The notes under the pieces were generated by a model. That model saw nothing but the letters and a program-made list of their open reading frames with translations. It was not told where the DNA came from and ran no database searches. Position numbers and translations under genes: made by a program. 64,000 nucleotides of DNA from Clostridiales bacterium (GTDB lineage: Bacteria > Bacillota > Clostridia > Saccharofermentanales > Saccharofermentanaceae): NCBI GenBank assembly GCA_017940895.1, contig JAGAXM010000020.1, positions 788 through 64,787 of the forward strand. The letters run 5' to 3'. How positions within the stretch are numbered: position 1 is the stretch's first letter; every line of letters begins with the position of its first letter. This document shows positions 57,066 to 64,000 of the stretch, piece after piece.

Positions 57066-59621
57066 ATGAACAAACAACAACTTGCCAATAAAATATGGGA
57101 ATCTGCAAACAAGATGCGTTCGAAGATCGAGGCGAACGAATATAAAGACTATATCCTCGGATTCATCTTTTATAAGTTTCTTTCTGACAAGGAAGTCAAG
57201 TACTTAACAGGACTCGGTTATACAAATGAAGATATAGATACTGTAACCGAAGAAGATTCCGAGATCGTGGAAAATGTTCAGAAGAATATTGGATACTTTA
57301 TAGGCTATGACAACCTTTTCTCTACATGGCTTTCCAAGGGAAGTGATTTTAATGTTGCTGATGTTCGCGATGCTTTGTCTGCTTTTAACCGTTTGATCAA
57401 TTCTTCACATAAGAAAGTCTTCACCGGAATCTTCGATACGCTCCAGACCGGTCTTTCGAAGTTGGGCGATAGTTCGAATTCTCAGACCAAGGCGATCAGT
57501 GATCTCTTGTATCTTATCAAGGATATCCCAATGGACGGTAAACAGGACTATGACGTTCTTGGTTTTATCTATGAATATCTTATCTCCAACTTTGCTGCGA
57601 ATGCCGGAAAGAAAGCTGGTGAGTTCTACACACCTCACGAAGTATCACTTCTTATGTCAGAGATTGTTGCCGATCACCTTAAGGAAAGACCTGAGATCAA
57701 AATATACGATCCGACGAGCGGTTCAGGTTCGCTCCTGATCAACATCGGTAAGTCTGTTGCTAAGCACATGGGCGACAGCAATAAGATCAAATACTATGCT
57801 CAGGAGTTGAAGGAAAACACATATAACCTTACACGTATGAATCTGGTAATGCGCGGTATCCTTCCTGATAACATTGTCACAAGAAACGGAGATACGCTTG
57901 AAGAAGACTGGCCGTACTTTGAGGAAAGTGATCCCATCGGCACATATGAGCCTTTGTATGTAGATGCCGTTGTATCCAATCCGCCTTACTCGCAGAATTG
58001 GAATCCTTCCGATAAAGAGTCTGATCCGAGATATGCAAGATTTGGTTTGGCACCTAAAGGCAAAGCTGACTATGCTTTCCTTCTTCATGATCTGTTCCAT
58101 ATCAAAAGCGATGGAATCATGACTATCGTACTTCCTCATGGTGTTTTGTTTAGGGGTGGCGAAGAAGGCGAAATTCGAAAGAACCTTATCGAAAACAACC
58201 ATATTGATGCCGTTATCGGCTTGCCTGCAAACATCTTCTTCGGAACAGGTATTCCTACGATCATCATGGTGCTTAAGCAAAAACGCGATAATACCGATGT
58301 GCTGATTGTTGATGCGTCCAAAGGATTTGAGAAGGTTGGAAAGAACAATAAGCTTCGCGCATCCGATATAAAGAGAATCACTGATGCGGTTACAAAGAGA
58401 ATCAGCGTTGATAAGTTTTCTCGAGTTGTATCGCGCGATGAGATCAGAGCAAATGATTATAATCTGAATATTCCTCGTTATGTTGATTCTTCCGAGAAAC
58501 CAGAGAGCTGGGATATATATGCTTCTATGTTTGGCGGTATTCCGATCAAAGAGATCAATGAACTTAATGAATACTGGGGGGCTTTCCCGGGATTAAAGGA
58601 TGTATTATTCACAAAGACAAATGATTCCTATGCATCTCTTGTTGATACAGATATTCACAAAGCGGTTAAAGAACATCCTTCTGTCAAAGCATTCATAAAC
58701 AGATATGCTCAGGCTTTTGATAACTTCGACGGATACCTCAAAGAACAGTTATTATCTTCAGTCGAGAATATCAATGTGTCGAAGGAAGAGTCCGTCCTTA
58801 GTGAGAATATATTTGAGCGATTGAAAGATGTTCCTCTTGTTGATTCATACGGTGCATATCAGATATTGGATAATAGCTGGAACAAGGTTGCTGTTGATCT
58901 TGAAATAATCCAGACTGAGGGCTTCCAAGCATGCAAGCAAGTTGATCCCAATATGATCGTTAAGAAGAAGGATGGCAAAGAACAGGAAGTACAGGACGGT
59001 TGGATTGGTCACGTTATCCCGTTTGAACTTGTACAGAAGAAATATCTCTCTGAACAGGCAGATGCTCTTCACAATGCAGAAGACAGGCTTGTGGAGATCA
59101 CATCAAGGTATGAGGAGGCTCTCGACGAACTGCCTGAAGATGAGAAAGAAAAGAGTTTTGTTAATGATGACAAGACTGCTTTCGTCTGGGCTGAGGTGAA
59201 GAAAGCTATTAAAGCTCAAGAAGTTGAACCTGATATTATTGTGATTCTTAAAGACGTTCTGGCGAAAAATGACGAAGAAAAGAAGCTTAAGAAGAGCATC
59301 AAGGAACAATCTGCATCTCTTCACATGGAGACAAAGAAGTTCATTGAAGAACTTAGTGATGATCAGGTAATGGAATTGTTGGATGATAAGTGGATAGTTC
59401 CTATGACGGATAGCCTTGCAGGACTTCCGGATAGTATTATCAGCGATTTCATTTCAAAGATGGATAAGCTGTCACGCAAGTATGATACGACATTCTCTGA
59501 AGTTGAAGATCAGATTGTAGAGACAGAAAAAGAATTATCTTTAATGATTGATCAATTGACCGGAAACGAATTCGATATGCAGGGGCTTACGGAACTGAAA
59601 AATCTGTTGGGAGGGCTTTGA
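57066..59621 (+). CDS. hsdM: Type I R-M methyltransferase subunit (m6A)
   Basis: GEFYTP, YDPTSGSGSLL, NPPY, LPHGVLFRG. Confidence 0.96.
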   Translation: MNKQQLANKIWESANKMRSKIEANEYKDYILGFIFYKFLSDKEVKYLTGLGYTNEDIDTVTEEDSEIVENVQKNIGYFIGYDNLFSTWLSKGSDFNVADVRDALSAFNRLINSSHKKVFTGIFDTLQTGLSKLGDSSNSQTKAISDLLYLIKDIPMDGKQDYDVLGFIYEYLISNFAANAGKKAGEFYTPHEVSLLMSEIVADHLKERPEIKIYDPTSGSGSLLINIGKSVAKHMGDSNKIKYYAQELKENTYNLTRMNLVMRGILPDNIVTRNGDTLEEDWPYFEESDPIGTYEPLYVDAVVSNPPYSQNWNPSDKESDPRYARFGLAPKGKADYAFLLHDLFHIKSDGIMTIVLPHGVLFRGGEEGEIRKNLIENNHIDAVIGLPANIFFGTGIPTIIMVLKQKRDNTDVLIVDASKGFEKVGKNNKLRASDIKRITDAVTKRISVDKFSRVVSRDEIRANDYNLNIPRYVDSSEKPESWDIYASMFGGIPIKEINELNEYWGAFPGLKDVLFTKTNDSYASLVDTDIHKAVKEHPSVKAFINRYAQAFDNFDGYLKEQLLSSVENINVSKEESVLSENIFERLKDVPLVDSYGAYQILDNSWNKVAVDLEIIQTEGFQACKQVDPNMIVKKKDGKEQEVQDGWIGHVIPFELVQKKYLSEQADALHNAEDRLVEITSRYEEALDELPEDEKEKSFVNDDKTAFVWAEVKKAIKAQEVEPDIIVILKDVLAKNDEEKKLKKSIKEQSASLHMETKKFIEELSDDQVMELLDDKWIVPMTDSLAGLPDSIISDFISKMDKLSRKYDTTFSEVEDQIVETEKELSLMIDQLTGNEFDMQGLTELKNLLGGL

Positions 59622-59622
59622 T

Positions 59623-60903
59623 ATGGATAATAAAGAGCTAACTCCTAAGATTAGATTTAGTGGATTTACTGACCTTTGGGAACAGCGTAAGCTTGATGAT
59701 TTAGGAACTACATATACCGGATTGTCAGGCAAAACAAAAGAAGACTTTGGTCATGGAGCAGCTTCTTTTGTTACTTATATGAATGTCTTCCTGAATCCAG
59801 TAACTGATGCAAAGAGGGTAGAATCGGTAGAAATTGATAAAACACAAAACACTGTTAGATACGGAGATGTCTTTTTTACGACATCATCTGAAACTCCCGA
59901 AGAAGTTGGCATGTCCTCTGTATGGCTTGAAAATACTGAGGATACGTATTTGAATAGTTTCTGTTTTGGATATCGTCCGACTGCTGAAATTGATCCCTAC
60001 TATATGGCATATATGCTCAGATCAGAATCGGTTAGAAAGAAAATAATATATCTTGCACAGGGTATATCTCGATACAACATCTCGAAGAACGGAGTAATGC
60101 AAATTGAGATACCAATACCAAACAATGATGAACAAAAGAGTATTGGCAAATATTTCAAGCATCTTGATAACCTTATCACCCTTCACCAGCGTAAGTACGA
60201 GAAGCTTCAAAATATCAAAAAATCGATGCTGGAAAAGATGTTTCCGCGCGATGGAAGCAATATTCCAGAGGTAAGATTTGCTGGATTTACTGACCCTTGG
60301 GAACAGCGTAAGTTTAGTGAAGTCTTTGTTGGTTTGCAGAATAACACATTGTCACGAGCTGATCTGAACTATAATCAGGGCGACATTAAGAATGTCCATT
60401 ATGGTGATGTGCTTATTAAGTTTGGTGAGTATATTGATGCAGCTTCTGCAGAACTACCATATATAAATGACAGTTCGATAGAAAGCAAATTTACCAAATC
60501 ATTGTTAAAAAATGGGGATATCATCATTGCCGATACAGCAGAGGATGAAACTGTTGGCAAATGCTGTGAAATAACTAATTCTGACGGGATGAAACTATTA
60601 TCCGGATTGCATACTATTGCAGTTCGCCCACAACAGAAATATGCATCGAAATTCTTGGGATACTACCTTAATTCAAATGCTTATCACAGCCAGCTTCTAC
60701 CGTTAATGCAAGGAATAAAAGTAACATCTATTTCTAAGGGAGCGCTCCAAGATACAGTATTGACTGTACCAGTAAATCTTGATGAACAGGAAAAGATTGG
60801 TGAATGTTTATCTCACATCGACGACATTATCACCCTTCACCAGCGTAAGCTTGAGAAACTAAAAAATATAAAGAAATCCATGCTGGAAAGCATGTTTGTA
60901 TAA
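59623..60903 (+). CDS. hsdS: Type I R-M specificity subunit
   Basis: Two TRDs bounded by repeated conserved regions RF.GFTD.WEQRK and ITLHQRK. Confidence 0.96.
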   Translation: MDNKELTPKIRFSGFTDLWEQRKLDDLGTTYTGLSGKTKEDFGHGAASFVTYMNVFLNPVTDAKRVESVEIDKTQNTVRYGDVFFTTSSETPEEVGMSSVWLENTEDTYLNSFCFGYRPTAEIDPYYMAYMLRSESVRKKIIYLAQGISRYNISKNGVMQIEIPIPNNDEQKSIGKYFKHLDNLITLHQRKYEKLQNIKKSMLEKMFPRDGSNIPEVRFAGFTDPWEQRKFSEVFVGLQNNTLSRADLNYNQGDIKNVHYGDVLIKFGEYIDAASAELPYINDSSIESKFTKSLLKNGDIIIADTAEDETVGKCCEITNSDGMKLLSGLHTIAVRPQQKYASKFLGYYLNSNAYHSQLLPLMQGIKVTSISKGALQDTVLTVPVNLDEQEKIGECLSHIDDIITLHQRKLEKLKNIKKSMLESMFV

Positions 60904-60925
60904 CAAAATTGGAGTGAAAAGCACT

Positions 60926-63900
60926 ATGTTTGATAAAGAAGCCGACTTTGAACAAGCCTTAATTGATCTTCTCAAGACTAAAGGGTGGGAGAGTACCGTT
61001 CTTAAGAATTACACAGAAGAACAGTTGATTCGCAATTGGGCTGATATTCTGTTCGAGAATAACCGCGGAATTGACCGTCTGAATGATTATCCGCTCACAG
61101 ACAGTGAAATGCAGCAGATCATCGAACAAATCGAGACTCTAAAAACGCCCCTGCGCTTAAACGGTTTCATCAATGGCGGTAGTGTTTCTATCACTCGAGA
61201 TAATCCTGACGATGTAGCACACTTCGGCAAGGAAGTATCACTTAAAATATATGAGCGAAGAGAGATAGCTGCAGGTCAAAGTAGATATCAAATTGTTCAG
61301 CAACCTAAGTTTCCGACGAAATCGAAGATTCTCAACGATCGTCGCGGAGATTTGATGCTGTTGATAAATGGTATGCCGGTCATTCATATTGAGTTGAAGA
61401 AAAGCGGTGTATCAGTTCTTCAGGCGGCAAATCAAATCGAGAAGTATTCTTATGAGGGCATATTTACTGGGTTGTTCTCACTAGTGCAGATCTTTGTTGC
61501 AATGAATCCCGAAGAAACATTGTATTTTGCTAATCCAGGCCCAGAAGGGAAATTCAATCAGAATTATTACTTTCATTGGGCTGATTTTTACAATGAGCCT
61601 ATAAACGATTGGAAACAAATCGGCTCCACCCTTCTTTCAATTCCAATGGCACATCAGCTTATCGGTTTCTATACCGTCGCCGATGATTCCGACGGCGTGT
61701 TAAAGGTCATGAGAAGCTACCAGTATTATGCTGCTAATGCTATATCAGATAAGGTTGCAAAGACCAAATGGGAAGAAGGTAATCAGCTTGGCGGTTACAT
61801 TTGGCATACAACAGGATCAGGTAAGACGATGACTTCCTTTAAGTCGGCTCAGCTTATCGCAACCTCCAAGGATGCTGATAAGGTTGTCTTCCTTATGGAT
61901 AGAATCGAGCTTGGAACACAGTCATTGAAGGAATACCGCAATTTTGCAGGTGCCGGTCTCTCTGAAACTCAGAAGAACAATACCGTACAAGAGACAGAAG
62001 ATACGCACGTTCTGGTCGGCAAGTTAAAGAGCTCAGACCCGGCAGATACACTCATAGTTACATCGATACAGAAGATGAGTAATATCAGCGAAGAGAATGA
62101 TGGGTTGAAAGCTGCCGATATAAAGACGATCAACAGTAAACGAGTCGTTTTTATCGTTGATGAATGCCATAGATCAACGTTCGGAGATATGCTTCTTACC
62201 ATTAAAGAAACATTCCCGAGAGCAATATTCTTCGGTTTTACCGGTACTCCAATTCAAGAAGAGAACCAGAAAAAAATGAGCACCACCGCAACTGTATTCG
62301 GAAACGAACTTCACAGATATAGCATCGCAGATGGTATTCGTGACGAGAACGTATTAGGTTTTGACCCTTATTTAGTGCTTACATATAAAGATCAGGATCT
62401 TCGTCAGGCTGTAGCGTTGGAGATGTGCAAGTCTTCAACTGTCGAGGAAGCTTTTGCCGATGAGGCTAAGAAGAAGATATTCCTTCGCTTCATGAATGAG
62501 CTTCAGATGGGTGGTCACAGAGATTCTTCCGGTGACTATATAAAAGGTATAGAGGATTATATTCCAAATAGCCAATATCGCTCAGAAGAACATCAGTCGA
62601 TGGTAGTAAAGGATATTGTAGATAACTGGATCATTCTAAGTCAAAACGGCAAATTTCATGCCATATTTGCTACTAGTAGTATCCCTGAGGCTTTGGATTA
62701 TTACAGGAGATTTAAGGCATATTCTGACCGTCTTAAAGTAACGGCACTATTTGATCCTTCGATAGACAATAACGGTGGAGCCAAGTTCAAGGAAGACGGA
62801 TTAAAAGAATTAGTTGAAGACTATGATGAACGCTATCATCAGGATTATACAATCGCTTCCTTCGGCAAGATGAAGAAAGATATTGCCGCTCGTCTAGCTC
62901 ACAAAAAGCCTTATGAGCGTATCGAGAACGAACCTGAAAAGGAAATCGATATACTGATAGTTGTCGATCAGATGCTGACTGGCTTTGACTCAAAGTGGAT
63001 AAACACTTTGTATATGGATAAGATGCTCCGCTACGAGAATATTATTCAGGCATTCTCACGTACAAACAGGTTGTTTGGCAATGACAAGCCGTTCGGCACA
63101 ATAAAGTATTATAGACGTCCTCATACAATGGCAAACAATATTGAGGATGCAGTCAAGTTATACTCCGGTGATAAGCCTTTCGGTCTGTTCGTTCAGCGCT
63201 TGAAGCAGAACTTGGAGAATATGAATTTTGTCTACAAGCAGATCGGCGAACTTTTTGATGCCGCAGGTGTTCAGAATTATGAGAAACTCCCTGATGATGT
63301 TGAGAGTCGTAAGAAGTTTGCGGTTCTCTTCAGACAGTTTAACGATTTCCTTGAAGCCGCTAAAGTTCAGGGATTTAGCTGGAAAAAACTAACATATACA
63401 TTTACAGATGAAGAGACAGGTTCCAAGGAAAGTATTGATGTGGCACTTGATGAGACTACATATCTTATCTTTGTAAAGAGATATAAAGAACTCTTTGAGC
63501 CCGGCGGAGAGCCCGGTGGAGAAGACGATGTTCCGTATGATATCGATGGATATATCACAACAATCGATACGGATAAGATCGATACGGACTATATGAATGC
63601 CCGTTTTGAGAAGTATATGAAGTTATTATACGATGATGAAGTTTCTGCCGAAGAACTTCAGAAGGTAGAGGACGAGCTTCATCGAACATTTGCAACGTTA
63701 TCACAGGAAGAGCAGAAGTTCGCTAACATCATTCTTCACGACATACAGAGTGGAAATATAACTGTTACGCCCGGGAAGGCGTTCAGGGACTATATTCTTG
63801 AATATATAACGAAATCAAAGGACGATCAGATTCATAGATTGTCTGCTGCAATTGGTGTTGATGAGCAATCATTGAGAGATATTATGACTCAGCACGTTAC

Positions 63901-64000
63901 AGATGATAATATCAATGAATTTGGAAGATTCGACGCGCTTAAAGCAACAGTTGATCCTGCTATTGCTAAAGCTTACTTTGAACAATTAACCGGTATCAAG
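60926..64000 (+). CDS. hsdR: Type I R-M restriction subunit, 3' partial (missing from the ORF track because it has no stop in the window)
   Basis: ATG at 60926 after GGAG. RGDLMLLING.PVIHIELKK nuclease motif, HTTGSGKT, IVDECHRS, FTGTP, MLTGFDS. Confidence 0.95.
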   Translation, partial: MFDKEADFEQALIDLLKTKGWESTVLKNYTEEQLIRNWADILFENNRGIDRLNDYPLTDSEMQQIIEQIETLKTPLRLNGFINGGSVSITRDNPDDVAHFGKEVSLKIYERREIAAGQSRYQIVQQPKFPTKSKILNDRRGDLMLLINGMPVIHIELKKSGVSVLQAANQIEKYSYEGIFTGLFSLVQIFVAMNPEETLYFANPGPEGKFNQNYYFHWADFYNEPINDWKQIGSTLLSIPMAHQLIGFYTVADDSDGVLKVMRSYQYYAANAISDKVAKTKWEEGNQLGGYIWHTTGSGKTMTSFKSAQLIATSKDADKVVFLMDRIELGTQSLKEYRNFAGAGLSETQKNNTVQETEDTHVLVGKLKSSDPADTLIVTSIQKMSNISEENDGLKAADIKTINSKRVVFIVDECHRSTFGDMLLTIKETFPRAIFFGFTGTPIQEENQKKMSTTATVFGNELHRYSIADGIRDENVLGFDPYLVLTYKDQDLRQAVALEMCKSSTVEEAFADEAKKKIFLRFMNELQMGGHRDSSGDYIKGIEDYIPNSQYRSEEHQSMVVKDIVDNWIILSQNGKFHAIFATSSIPEALDYYRRFKAYSDRLKVTALFDPSIDNNGGAKFKEDGLKELVEDYDERYHQDYTIASFGKMKKDIAARLAHKKPYERIENEPEKEIDILIVVDQMLTGFDSKWINTLYMDKMLRYENIIQAFSRTNRLFGNDKPFGTIKYYRRPHTMANNIEDAVKLYSGDKPFGLFVQRLKQNLENMNFVYKQIGELFDAAGVQNYEKLPDDVESRKKFAVLFRQFNDFLEAAKVQGFSWKKLTYTFTDEETGSKESIDVALDETTYLIFVKRYKELFEPGGEPGGEDDVPYDIDGYITTIDTDKIDTDYMNARFEKYMKLLYDDEVSAEELQKVEDELHRTFATLSQEEQKFANIILHDIQSGNITVTPGKAFRDYILEYITKSKDDQIHRLSAAIGVDEQSLRDIMTQHVTDDNINEFGRFDALKATVDPAIAKAYFEQLTGIK

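Noticed and set aside
53599-64000. Prophage or ICE
   Set aside because: No integrase, relaxase, transposase or structural genes, and no att direct repeats seen; called only a defence-rich accessory region.

Overview
This looks like a chromosomal window from an anaerobic Firmicute, probably a rumen/gut Clostridia (inferred from gene content only). From 5' to 3' it holds: (1) an AT-rich accessory start with TPR/LRR proteins, a nonsense-interrupted metallophosphoesterase, a methyltransferase-STAS fusion and tRNA-Leu(UAG); (2) membrane/secreted genes with a PP2C phosphatase and a MATE pump; (3) a 15.8 kb seven-gene phosphorelay/c-di-GMP cluster with three hybrid kinases (one fused to a DegV/FakB-like lipid-binding domain), an HPt protein and GGDEF/EAL/HD-GYP enzymes; (4) HIT, CBS-PPase, the NifU-like/GGGtGRT pair and pilT; (5) a nitrogen-assimilation locus (gltBD, amt-glnB fusion, GS type III, a GS-I homologue, an ANTAR regulator, pyrG); (6) lipoproteins; (7) an AT-rich defence region with a HigBA-type TA pair, six microproteins and a type I R-M system that runs off the end. 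Best candidate for an undescribed system: the GS-I homologue has lost several catalytic residues and overlaps an ANTAR protein whose receiver lacks the phospho-Asp. The leaders of gltBD, glnN and this operon share an AA(A/U)GGC-loop hairpin that overlaps a terminator. Together this suggests a GS pseudo-enzyme/ANTAR nitrogen-sensing antitermination circuit analogous to AmiC/AmiR or NasS/NasT. Other notable items: the kinase-DegV fusion, a modular ~62-bp-unit MITE-like repeat (3 copies), and a double-glycine-leader zinc-ribbon peptide. All domain calls come from motifs read by eye; no database search was run. No CRISPR, rRNA, integrase or transposase was found.
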